Both the position numbers and the translations under genes were made by a program. Positions 1 to 7,021 of a stretch of 13,471 bases of DNA are shown here, one piece after another. The notes beneath the pieces were generated by a model, which saw only the letters and a list, made by a program, of their open reading frames with translations, ran no database searches and was not told the DNA's origin. How positions within the stretch are numbered: the first letter of the stretch is position 1; each line of letters begins with the position of its first letter. The DNA lies in the UHGV virus genome UHGV-0358078. One strand, written 5' to 3'. Origin of the DNA: a virus.

Positions 1-435
1 CTTTTAACGGTGTTAGGTTTGGTTGGCGTTACATTTACATACACCGGTAAAATTCTTTACGCGACCTGGGCTTCATGCGAAAGTGACGCTACCTACGATA
101 AAATTCTCGATGGCATTAAAGACGATTCAGTTTATTGTAATGTTTTCCGTGGCGTTTCGTACATCGTTGGCGATAAGTTAATGGATAAACTGAACGCCAA
201 ATACGGAGACGGTATTATCACCACCGTCTTCTTTGGTGGTGATATGCTAATCGTAACGAAAAAGGAAATTAGTCTGGATCTTCAAAGTGATGTAAACTAC
301 GAACTTCAGATTGGCCCACAATTTAGCTGTAGAATTAATGTTGTTGTCGGTAAAGATGATTTCTACGATGAAGATGAGTCAGTAGAAATTCGGAAAATTG
401 CGAATCGCTACATGGACTCCATTTTCCGTAGTTAA
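1..435 (+). CDS. Hypothetical protein, 5'-truncated at window edge
   Basis: ORF track 10..435 begins at GTG, but the frame is open back to nt 1 (ctt tta acg, no stop), so the gene probably starts upstream of the window. Stop TAA at 433-435. No motif recognised. Confidence 0.6.
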   Translation, partial: LLTVLGLVGVTFTYTGKILYATWASCESDATYDKILDGIKDDSVYCNVFRGVSYIVGDKLMDKLNAKYGDGIITTVFFGGDMLIVTKKEISLDLQSDVNYELQIGPQFSCRINVVVGKDDFYDEDESVEIRKIANRYMDSIFRS

Positions 436-475
436 TAATCAAAAAGGGCTGTAAGTCCCCCACATAGAGTAAATC

Positions 476-491
476 CCTAAAGGAGCATTAA
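476..491 (+). promoter_or_regulatory. Conserved 16-nt translation-initiation block CCTAAAGGAGCATTAA, copy 1
   Basis: Identical 16-mer at 476-491 and 4980-4995, each ending 0-1 nt before an ATG and containing AGGAG. A related TTTTAGGAGCATATACC precedes the ATG at 2686. Confidence 0.45.
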
Positions 492-1007
492 ATGTCTGTA
501 ACAATCAACATGAATCTTTATACCAAACGTGAACGTCAAATCTTGGCTAATCAGCCAGGCGTTACTACTATTGACGGTAAACCTATCGACCCATTAAAAG
601 TCGTTGTCGCACACAACTGTTTCGAGAAAGACTGGGACATCATGTATTTCCGTTGCCGTTCTGTCGCAAACGCACTTACCCAACTCTCGAATTATCATCC
701 TGGCCCAGTATTAAAAGACTGGGTTTGGTTAGTCCCTAAAACACCTTCAGCGATTGAGTATCCGTCGGGTATGGTCTATATTCGTCCTGTCGCTTATCCA
801 GAACGTTTAAAAGAATATCTGGAGGTTATCTGGGACCGACCTCGTAAAGAGCTGGTGACGATTATCCGTTTACTTCAAATATGCGATATCCCCAATGTTT
901 CGAATCTGAAACTTACGTCTCGCGATATTAACCAGGCTTACTGGGAACTAGAGTGGACAGAACCGAAATTCGAAAACACTAACCGTATTTTCTTGCACCG
1001 GGGGTAA
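492..1007 (+). CDS. Hypothetical protein (171 aa)
   Basis: ATG at 492 preceded by AGGAG (482-486) with a 5-nt spacer. Sits inside a 16-nt block (476-491) that is identical upstream of the gene at 4997. No recognisable domain. Confidence 0.75.
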   Translation: MSVTINMNLYTKRERQILANQPGVTTIDGKPIDPLKVVVAHNCFEKDWDIMYFRCRSVANALTQLSNYHPGPVLKDWVWLVPKTPSAIEYPSGMVYIRPVAYPERLKEYLEVIWDRPRKELVTIIRLLQICDIPNVSNLKLTSRDINQAYWELEWTEPKFENTNRIFLHRG

Positions 1008-1009
1008 AA

Positions 1010-1291
1010 ATGTTAGATTGGTTGTTGGGCTTAATTAACTCACGTCAACAGGAGCTTTATAAAGAAAACACGCGGTTACGGCAGCAGCTTAGTAACAATC
1101 GTCAAACCAAACGACAGTTAATTCGGATGGTAAAACAGCAGGCACGCTGTATACGAGATATTGATTATCAGTATCACCGTCTGAATACCTTAGACCCAAC
1201 AACAAAAGCTTTAGGCAGTACGATTGGACACGCACGGAAAGTCAGTCACGACGCGTTAGTTCGAATCGATACAGTAGAAGAGAAACTGTGA
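1010..1291 (+). CDS. Hypothetical protein (93 aa), Q/R-rich, predicted helical/coiled-coil
   Basis: ATG at 1010 two nt after the upstream stop (1005-1007), preceded by GGGGG. Composition rich in Q, R, L, consistent with a helical protein. Followed by a 7-9 bp hairpin at 1298-1320. Confidence 0.65.
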   Translation: MLDWLLGLINSRQQELYKENTRLRQQLSNNRQTKRQLIRMVKQQARCIRDIDYQYHRLNTLDPTTKALGSTIGHARKVSHDALVRIDTVEEKL

Positions 1292-1297
1292 TTAGCT

Positions 1298-1320
1298 CTC
1301 CCTCGGGAATACCGAGGGGG
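1298..1320 (+). other. Stable hairpin without downstream U-tract
   Basis: CCCTCGG (1300-1306) / CCGAGGG (1312-1318), extendable to 9 bp, loop gaata. The sequence after it (ataaggcgatttac) is not T-rich. Lies between genes 1010..1291 and 1335..1724. Confidence 0.5.
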
Positions 1321-1334
1321 ATAAGGCGATTTAC

Positions 1335-1724
1335 ATGATGCGTTTATTTTACTTAAAAAGGCGTTTGTTATTAAAAGCCCAACTGTTTGTTAACGGGAAG
1401 GTTAAAAACTGGCTGTGTGGTAAAAGGGTACAATATGTCGTTAAAGAAGGCGACTGGTATACGGAGGTTGTGACTTCCCCTAACGGTGAACTTATAAACG
1501 TGACTATTCGTGACGTTATGGTTAAGGTTGGCAGGGGAGGCGGTCTGTTGTTTGAATCGGAAACTATAAGAGTCGCTGCTAAACAATTGAAAGAAGGTCG
1601 GGTTATATTCAACGTTACTGCCCAGAAATATTACGACCATTTATTCGAATGTCAACGAGCAATGGACAGAATGACCCGTGAGATGCGAAGAATGCACATC
1701 ACGGAGATAACGATAGAGGTTTAA
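1335..1724 (+). CDS. Hypothetical protein (129 aa), basic N-terminus
   Basis: ATG-ATG at 1335/1338 with AAGG 8 nt upstream. Stop TAA at 1722-1724 overlaps the next start (TAATG). Minus-strand ORFs 1349..1612 and 1371..1640 lie entirely inside it and are treated as shadows. Confidence 0.6.
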   Translation: MMRLFYLKRRLLLKAQLFVNGKVKNWLCGKRVQYVVKEGDWYTEVVTSPNGELINVTIRDVMVKVGRGGGLLFESETIRVAAKQLKEGRVIFNVTAQKYYDHLFECQRAMDRMTREMRRMHITEITIEV

Positions 1725-2035
1725 TGATGGAAAGTAAAATCACAAACACATCGGCACCTGAGAACATTGTCAACTATATTCTCAGTGGCGGGTTGTTAGA
1801 AGACAACAAAGAAACGTGTGATAAACTCGTTTCTCAACTACTGCCGATTCGCTCAGAATATTGCGAAATCGTTATCTTAGGTTCCGAGTATTGCGTACGC
1901 TCTTACTGTCGTCGTTTCGAAGCCTTACGCGTTCCACGTACGTTAGGTGGTGTAATACTCTTAGTCTCTAACTTTCACAGTGCACACGTTCGTGTTGCAA
2001 CCTGGATTGCAAACGGAGGTAACAATGGTTTTTAA
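1724..2035 (+). CDS. Hypothetical protein (103 aa), Cys-rich
   Basis: ATG at 1724 shares one nt with the upstream stop (translational coupling). GAGG lies upstream. Several Cys residues (CxxxxxxC, CxxxC patterns), function unknown. Confidence 0.6.
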   Translation: MMESKITNTSAPENIVNYILSGGLLEDNKETCDKLVSQLLPIRSEYCEIVILGSEYCVRSYCRRFEALRVPRTLGGVILLVSNFHSAHVRVATWIANGGNNGF

Positions 2036-2333
2036 ATTACTAGGTTTCAAATCTTGTAAAGAGTGCGCAAAGCACGAAGAATATATCAAGTTATTAGAAG
2101 AAACAGTTGAAACGCAAAAAGAACTTATCTCTGAATACCGCGCGAAAACCGGTTCAGTAGAATATCTGGCTATCATTGTTTGTTCTATTGCGGAATTGGG
2201 TTGTGAGGGAAAATTACCTAAAGAAGAGATATTAAAACTATTAAAAGAAAAAACAGAGTTCTACCGTAAAGAAATTGATGATTATAAACGTGAAGTTATA
2301 AGAGCGAATTGGGAGGTTATTAATGAAGCGTGA
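2025..2333 (+). CDS. Hypothetical protein (102 aa), N-terminal CxxC
   Basis: ORF track starts at GTG 1980, but an in-frame ATG at 2025 has a strong SD (GGAGG 2015-2019, 5-nt spacer) and reduces the overlap with the upstream gene to 11 nt. N-terminal CKEC motif; K/E-rich helical C-terminus. Confidence 0.65.
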   Translation: MVFKLLGFKSCKECAKHEEYIKLLEETVETQKELISEYRAKTGSVEYLAIIVCSIAELGCEGKLPKEEILKLLKEKTEFYRKEIDDYKREVIRANWEVINEA

Positions 2334-2604
2334 AGCGGTTGTATTTCGTAGTAATGGTGACGTGGTTTTGTATCGTGGTAAGAAACGTATTCGTACGTTA
2401 GAATACCGAGAAGCAAAACGTTTTGTTGAAGAGTGTGCATGGTTAATGCATTACGAAGGGAACTATCGTGCTATCTTAGAAGCTCCGCGTTTAGAACGTG
2501 CGGTTGCACAGATGGCGATAGGTAATCCTAAGAACTGTTACCTGGCACGTAAGCCAAAATACCTACAGCGGCTTTCGTTAGGCAGCTTTATTGCCGGATT
2601 TTAA
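2323..2604 (+). CDS. Hypothetical basic protein (93 aa)
   Basis: ATG at 2323 with GGAGG (2312-2316) and a 6-nt spacer; overlaps the upstream stop by 11 nt. Lys/Arg-rich. Confidence 0.65.
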   Translation: MKREAVVFRSNGDVVLYRGKKRIRTLEYREAKRFVEECAWLMHYEGNYRAILEAPRLERAVAQMAIGNPKNCYLARKPKYLQRLSLGSFIAGF

Positions 2605-2634
2605 TAAAAATAATTTCAGATATATATTACCTAG

Positions 2635-2656
2635 GTGAGAGTTCAGCTACTCTCAC
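2635..2656 (+). other. Hairpin without downstream U-tract, upstream of the SD of gene 2686
   Basis: GTGAGAG (2635-2641) / CTCTCAC (2650-2656), 8-nt loop; followed by ttaaccaaacc, not a T-run. Confidence 0.45.
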
Positions 2657-2685
2657 TTAACCAAACCATTTTAGGAGCATATACC

Positions 2686-3180
2686 ATGAACTTCACTAGA
2701 CTTGATTACACTAACGAATTGGTTGACAAAGAAAAATACAAATTCACTGTTGACTTGGGTTACGGATTACTGGACGTAGAAAAAGATGTTCTGCACAAAG
2801 AATTCCGTGAGCAATTCGGTGCTTTGTTCTGCGCAGGTTTCCGCAGAAACACCATTGATATCGGTTATAGCGCAACAGCGTATACCGATGAAGAAATGTT
2901 TAAGCTGGTAACACAGATTGTCGGAACGCGTGGAGCCAAACGACTCAATTATTCCAACGAACTTGTTTCGAAAGAACATTACAAGTTCACCGTTAGACTA
3001 CCTGTTCGCCTCACAGAAGAAGATAAGAACATCCTCTATAAAGCCCTTCAAACCGAATTCGGTAAAGCGCTCAAAGTAGGGTTCCGTAATCGTAGTATCG
3101 ATATCGGAATTAGTGTGGATGTGTGTAGTGACGATGACCTTTACGAATTAGTTTCGGAAGTTATCGGAAAACATCTCTAA
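2686..3180 (+). CDS. Hypothetical protein (164 aa) built from two tandem ~76-aa repeats
   Basis: ORF track starts at GTG 2635 inside a hairpin; the in-frame ATG at 2686 has AGGAG (2673-2677) with an 8-nt spacer. Residues 5-80 and 86-161 align colinearly (RLDYTNELVDKEKYKFTV... vs RLNYSNELVSKEHYKFTV...; ...NTIDIGYS... vs ...RSIDIGIS...). Confidence 0.75.
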   Translation: MNFTRLDYTNELVDKEKYKFTVDLGYGLLDVEKDVLHKEFREQFGALFCAGFRRNTIDIGYSATAYTDEEMFKLVTQIVGTRGAKRLNYSNELVSKEHYKFTVRLPVRLTEEDKNILYKALQTEFGKALKVGFRNRSIDIGISVDVCSDDDLYELVSEVIGKHL

Positions 3181-3220
3181 ACTTAAATTAACACTTCGAC
3201 TTGTAAATAAGGAATAGAAT

Positions 3221-3694
3221 ATGTTTAGCTTAGAAATCAACAACAACGTTCATGCCGCTTTCCATTCAGTAGAAAAAACCTATAAAATTAAAGATCTGTT
3301 TACTGGCAGAAGCGATGCTTTTTCGCTGATTAAGAATGGATGGAGAAAAAGCAAAGAGCTGAAACGTGATTCAAACCTTTACATTATTGAACGTTTAACT
3401 GTAACCGACAACCTTGTCACTGCACGTTATGACTTTGTTGTAATGGACGCTTTCATCCCGTTAGACAAACTGGTTATCTTGGCTGACAATGGGGAACGCT
3501 ACGAGGCGGGCGAGAACGGTGAACGTTCATTTACTAATGACGGTAAACTAAAAGTTCGCCATTCTGTAATGGCAGTTTGCTACGATGGTGAATGGTTAAG
3601 ATCTCTGAATAAAGGATTGGATTTGATTGACGCCGATGATTTAGAAAATTTCGCCGATGTTTTCTCCAACTATTTGTTTGAATATAAGTGGTGA
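3221..3694 (+). CDS. Hypothetical protein (157 aa)
   Basis: ATG at 3221 with AAGGA 7 nt upstream. Contains a short peptide repeat (DNGERY / ENGERS). No recognised domain. Confidence 0.75.
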   Translation: MFSLEINNNVHAAFHSVEKTYKIKDLFTGRSDAFSLIKNGWRKSKELKRDSNLYIIERLTVTDNLVTARYDFVVMDAFIPLDKLVILADNGERYEAGENGERSFTNDGKLKVRHSVMAVCYDGEWLRSLNKGLDLIDADDLENFADVFSNYLFEYKW

Positions 3695-3699
3695 GTTCG

Positions 3700-4131
3700 A
3701 TGAGAAAAGAACTAAAATCAGAGTTACGTGATTACATTCGTAAATACCCAGCCAGTATTCCGGTACTGGCTTCACTCTCTTTATCGGGTATGGACCTTAA
3801 TACCCTAACGGTAGAAAAATTCCACGAAGTGGTGAAGTCGTCGTATCAAATTGTTACCGATATGTCAGTGCGGAAACGTGCTGACTACCCAGACGGTGAT
3901 TTCGGTACAGAGATGTTCACGGACTACGCAGTTGCGTATCTGATGGGACGTCACTTTATCGATAAACTCAATACGGCTGTAGAAGGAGAAACCGTTACGG
4001 AAATTGTCAATGCTTGGCAACAACGTATTGTGAGTGACGCTTACTGTCGTCAAGCCTTAAAGAAAATGTCGGCGGTAGCATTAACCAATGACCAACGTGC
4101 TTTAGAGTTCCTTAAGCACAACTACGAATAA
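3700..4131 (+). CDS. Hypothetical protein (143 aa), paralog of the gene at 4997..5428
   Basis: ORF track starts at GTG 3688; the in-frame ATG at 3700 has a GGTGAG SD-like sequence upstream. Same length as, and colinear with, the protein at 4997 (LKSELRDYIRKYPASIPVLA vs LKDDIRNYIRNNPIALGVLA; ...ADYPDGDFGTEM vs ...EEYPVGELGDTM; ...LEFLKHNYE vs ...LMYLAHNVR). Confidence 0.75.
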   Translation: MRKELKSELRDYIRKYPASIPVLASLSLSGMDLNTLTVEKFHEVVKSSYQIVTDMSVRKRADYPDGDFGTEMFTDYAVAYLMGRHFIDKLNTAVEGETVTEIVNAWQQRIVSDAYCRQALKKMSAVALTNDQRALEFLKHNYE

Positions 4132-4152
4132 TTTACCAAAAGGAAAAGTACC

Positions 4153-4920
4153 ATGTTTAATATTGAGATTACCCCACTCGTTAAAACTGAAATCCGTCCG
4201 GTTCCTGAAGCACAGTTACTCGATCAACTTTATCGTATATTCCTGGATAAAGGTGTACATTTCCGTGTAGAGCAGGTCAATGATGAAAGCATCGTGTTCT
4301 ACTGGACTCACAGCAACGATTATCTTTGCGATACTATCGCGAAAGAAATTGGTGAGTTGCTCAACCCAGCAGAAGGTACCACGAACGCCTGGGTAGAAAC
4401 GACCGAGACTGAACAACCGAAAGCCGAGGCCGAAAAACAGCAGAAAGACGAACCGCACGTCCTCTGGTACGAAGGTAAGAAGATTAAGGAAATTAAAGAA
4501 GCGTTAGAGACCCTCTATCACGACGATTTAGGCATTTACTGGGATAACAGCAAGCTCGTCGTTCGATTGAAGAAAGACGATCGTAACCTCATGGAAGATA
4601 TTCGTTCTATCGTTAAGCTGATCGATAACGACGCTGTTCGACTTATTTCGATTCATGGTATCGGAAAAGATACCGCTGATGAACTCATGCGTGTGGCTGT
4701 TCACGAACACAAGGAGAAAATTCATCAATCCGTTTACAAAGGTGAAACGCTCACCGTTTTGATCGACAACGATGTTGAGGTTTTCAAATCATTAACGAAC
4801 CTTTTGCGAAATGTTTCAACGGATTCTTATATCGAAAAAACACGTGCCTTGCTTCTCGAAAAGCTTTTTAATATTTACAACAAAGATTGCGATTGTCCTA
4901 ATTGTCAAAAACGTCGTTAA
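4153..4920 (+). CDS. Hypothetical protein (255 aa) with helix-hairpin-helix-like motif and C-terminal Cys cluster
   Basis: ATG at 4153 with AAGGA upstream. Internal LISIHGIGKDTADELM fits the HhH pattern (hxxhxGhGxxxAxxh) of non-specific DNA-binding modules. Acidic, K/E/Q-rich linker. C-terminal CDCPNC. Followed by a 16-bp palindrome and a terminator. Confidence 0.8.
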   Translation: MFNIEITPLVKTEIRPVPEAQLLDQLYRIFLDKGVHFRVEQVNDESIVFYWTHSNDYLCDTIAKEIGELLNPAEGTTNAWVETTETEQPKAEAEKQQKDEPHVLWYEGKKIKEIKEALETLYHDDLGIYWDNSKLVVRLKKDDRNLMEDIRSIVKLIDNDAVRLISIHGIGKDTADELMRVAVHEHKEKIHQSVYKGETLTVLIDNDVEVFKSLTNLLRNVSTDSYIEKTRALLLEKLFNIYNKDCDCPNCQKRR

Positions 4921-4928
4921 TTAACGAC
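4913..4928. repeat. Perfect 16-bp palindrome GTCGTTAATTAACGAC across the stop codon of gene 4153..4920
   Basis: Positions 4913-4928 read identically on both strands. Lies 18 nt upstream of the terminator stem. Confidence 0.8.
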
Positions 4929-4945
4929 ATTCTAAATTCAACCAA

Positions 4946-4978
4946 GGGGTGGTAATCCACCCCTCTATTATTGTATTT
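4946..4978 (+). terminator. Intrinsic terminator candidate
   Basis: Perfect 7-bp GC-rich stem GGGGTGG (4946-4952) / CCACCCC (4957-4963) with loop TAAT, followed by a T-rich tract (tctattattgtattt). Confidence 0.7.
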
Positions 4979-4979
4979 A

Positions 4980-4995
4980 CCTAAAGGAGCATTAA
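4980..4995 (+). promoter_or_regulatory. Conserved 16-nt translation-initiation block CCTAAAGGAGCATTAA, copy 2
   Basis: Identical to 476-491; immediately upstream of the ATG at 4997 and just downstream of the terminator at 4946-4978. Confidence 0.45.
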
Positions 4996-4996
4996 A

Positions 4997-5428
4997 ATGT
5001 TTTTCGTATTAAAAGATGATATCCGTAACTACATTCGTAACAATCCGATTGCGCTGGGCGTTTTAGCAGGTTTCTGTCGTCCAAATACTGACTTCGATTT
5101 AGTTAAGTTAGAAGAATATCAAGAAATTGTGAACACTACCTACATGCACATCTGTAGCTGGGGTAAACGTCCTCGTGAAGAGTACCCTGTGGGTGAGTTA
5201 GGTGACACCATGCACCGTGACCAGAACCTGATGCACGAATTCGTTGAATACACACTGGAAAATCTTAACTATCCGCTCCTGGTCGACACTGTACCAGAAA
5301 TGGTTGACGAATGGTTTAAACGTGTTTATAGCGATCCTACCGCCAACAAGTTACTGAACCAGATGTCACAAACTTCTCGTGACATCGACACTCGTACGCT
5401 GATGTACTTAGCACACAACGTTCGCTAA
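4997..5428 (+). CDS. Hypothetical protein (143 aa), paralog of the gene at 3700..4131
   Basis: ATG at 4997 with AGGAG inside the conserved 16-nt block 4980-4995. Paralogy to 3700..4131 described there. Followed by a strong UUCG-tetraloop terminator. Confidence 0.8.
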   Translation: MFFVLKDDIRNYIRNNPIALGVLAGFCRPNTDFDLVKLEEYQEIVNTTYMHICSWGKRPREEYPVGELGDTMHRDQNLMHEFVEYTLENLNYPLLVDTVPEMVDEWFKRVYSDPTANKLLNQMSQTSRDIDTRTLMYLAHNVR

Positions 5429-5435
5429 CCTCTCT

Positions 5436-5490
5436 CCGCTATAGGCTTCGGTCTATAGCGGAATTAATTTTCTTTCCCTTTTCTTTTTTT
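5436..5490 (+). terminator. Intrinsic terminator, 11-bp stem with UUCG tetraloop
   Basis: ccgctataggc (5436-5446), loop ttcg (5447-5450), gtctatagcgg (5451-5461), one G-U pair. Followed by a long T-rich tract (…ttttctttcccttttctttttttt). Lies 8 nt after the stop of gene 4997..5428. Confidence 0.8.
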
Positions 5491-5597
5491 TGTTATTTTG
5501 ACACCACTTTACTTACACCCTACCCGACTATTCCTATGCTGGCTGAGGGATGTAAAACGACCTCTTAAACCTTTTTTACTTACTGTGAGTTAACGCG

Positions 5598-6446
5598 ATG
5601 TCTCTTACGTCAAAACAGAAACTGCTAAAACTCATCAACACTGAAAACAATATTAGTCCACCGTTGACTTTCAGTGATGTTGATATCGGAGAACCTACTG
5701 GTACTGGGGTTGATACCCAGGTGGTTCTGACCTCTAAACTCAAAGGCGATGAGTCTACTACTTTAACAGTGACTTACCACCGTCGTAACTTACCTGACTA
5801 CCTAACAGGTGAGTTGGTATTCGGTAACGACAATGTGGTAACCGCATCCGATTTGCTTAATGCGATTAACGCAAAATACAACCTAAATATTTTACCCTCG
5901 GATATCGTTGACGCAAAAGTTGAAGGTGAAACCCATCAGCTTACCGCTAACGAGAAATCTTACGAGTGGTGCGGTGTAGTAACACTTACGCTGCGTGATC
6001 CTATTGACCTGACTGAACTGTTACCAGTTACTCAATTAGAGAATCTGGTAGAGTATCCGTCTACTAAGAAAGGTAACGCTGCGGTTTATTCTCACCCGAT
6101 TGATTTCACCGCAGAAAAAGATTACCTTGACCCGATTACTATCAACGACACCGTCGACTTAGTAGAGTTAGCCACTAAACTGGCTAACGTCGTTGATGAG
6201 AAATGGGTAAGTGTACCTAAAAACGCGGCTAACAACCTGTACGGTGCTAAAGTTATTTACGATGGCCCAACCGCAGGTTACGAAGGCGCAAATACGAAGT
6301 TCACTCGTGTGCTGGTACTGACTCTCAGCCCGTTGTGTTCTAACCTGACCGGTAATCTGTTAATCCACTTTAACGGTACCGATCGTCCGAAGTCGAAGAT
6401 TGAATTAGCACAGACTAATCCGGTCTTACCGGGATTCTTAGATTAA
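5598..6446 (+). CDS. Paralog-family protein (282 aa), possible virion/structural protein
   Basis: First ATG after a 169-nt intergenic region; weak SD (GTGAG). N-terminal ~70 aa (…LINTENNISPPLTFSDVDIGEPTG…TQVVLTSKLKGDESTTLTVTYHRRNL) is colinear with the N-termini of the genes at 6460, 9626 and 10234. T/V/N-rich, acidic composition. The structural role is inference only. Confidence 0.8.
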   Translation: MSLTSKQKLLKLINTENNISPPLTFSDVDIGEPTGTGVDTQVVLTSKLKGDESTTLTVTYHRRNLPDYLTGELVFGNDNVVTASDLLNAINAKYNLNILPSDIVDAKVEGETHQLTANEKSYEWCGVVTLTLRDPIDLTELLPVTQLENLVEYPSTKKGNAAVYSHPIDFTAEKDYLDPITINDTVDLVELATKLANVVDEKWVSVPKNAANNLYGAKVIYDGPTAGYEGANTKFTRVLVLTLSPLCSNLTGNLLIHFNGTDRPKSKIELAQTNPVLPGFLD

Positions 6447-6459
6447 GAGGATTACAGTA

Positions 6460-6957
6460 ATGACCAATCAAGAAACTATCTTCGACCTTATTAAAAAGGC
6501 TAACCCAGACGCTGAGTTCGACACCACCAAGGTCACGCTGGGTGACCCGGTCGTAACCACCGGTACGTACAATACCGAAATCACAGTTGCGTCAATTAAG
6601 AATCTCGGTTACACTAACGAACAAACGTTCCAGTATAACCGCATTGACGCAGGTTTGTATTTCCTGAACGTATTACCGAAACTGTTAGTGGAGTCTGCAA
6701 CGACTACCGCTGACTTACTGCCCGTAATTAACGAACAGTACAGCCTAACCCTTACAGAAGACGATGTATGGGTAGAACAGGTCGGTGAATTACCGCTGGA
6801 CGGCAGTGCAATCGAGCACGGCATTTTCTTCCGTCCTGAATGTTTAACCTGGGTAGGCGGTTTTACGGTGCGCGTTGCACGTAAACCTGCTGAAGATGTT
6901 GAACCTGCGCCAAAAGCAGCTAAAGCACGTACAACTCGTGCACGAAAATCCAAGTAA
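6460..6957 (+). CDS. Paralog-family protein (165 aa) with basic, A/K/R-rich C-terminal tail
   Basis: ATG at 6460 with AAGAGGA upstream. N-terminus (…LIKKANPDAEFDTTKVTLGDPVVT…NTEITVASIKNLGYTNEQTFQYNRID) matches the family motif. C-terminal PAPKAAKARTTRARKSK. Followed by a strong terminator. Confidence 0.8.
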   Translation: MTNQETIFDLIKKANPDAEFDTTKVTLGDPVVTTGTYNTEITVASIKNLGYTNEQTFQYNRIDAGLYFLNVLPKLLVESATTTADLLPVINEQYSLTLTEDDVWVEQVGELPLDGSAIEHGIFFRPECLTWVGGFTVRVARKPAEDVEPAPKAAKARTTRARKSK

Positions 6958-6960
6958 GAT

Positions 6961-6998
6961 TTGGGTGGGGTAAAACCCACCCAACGTTTTTCTTTTTT
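6961..6998 (+). terminator. Intrinsic terminator
   Basis: Perfect 9-bp stem ttgggtggg (6961-6969) / cccacccaa (6976-6984), 6-nt loop, then cgtttttcttttttg. Starts 4 nt after the stop of gene 6460..6957. Confidence 0.85.
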
Positions 6999-7021
6999 GT
7001 GTAAAATGGGAGTTAAACAAA

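Noticed and set aside
1349-1640. Minus-strand ORFs 1349..1612 and 1371..1640
   Set aside because: Both lie entirely inside the plus-strand gene 1335..1724, lack convincing SD sequences, and have low-complexity or odd composition. Treated as shadow ORFs.
1961-2176. Minus-strand ORF 1961..2176 (71 aa)
   Set aside because: Antisense to two overlapping plus-strand genes in a uniformly plus-strand block; no SD. Likely shadow ORF.
2767-4728. Minus-strand ORFs 2767..2979, 3865..4053, 4216..4458 and 4528..4728
   Set aside because: Each is fully embedded antisense in a better-supported plus-strand gene with SD and terminator context.
5498-5503. Consensus -35 hexamer TTGACA upstream of gene 5598 as a sigma-70 promoter
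   Set aside because: No acceptable -10 hexamer at a 16-19 nt spacing (tacccg, ctaccc, acccga). Could be chance in a T-rich region.
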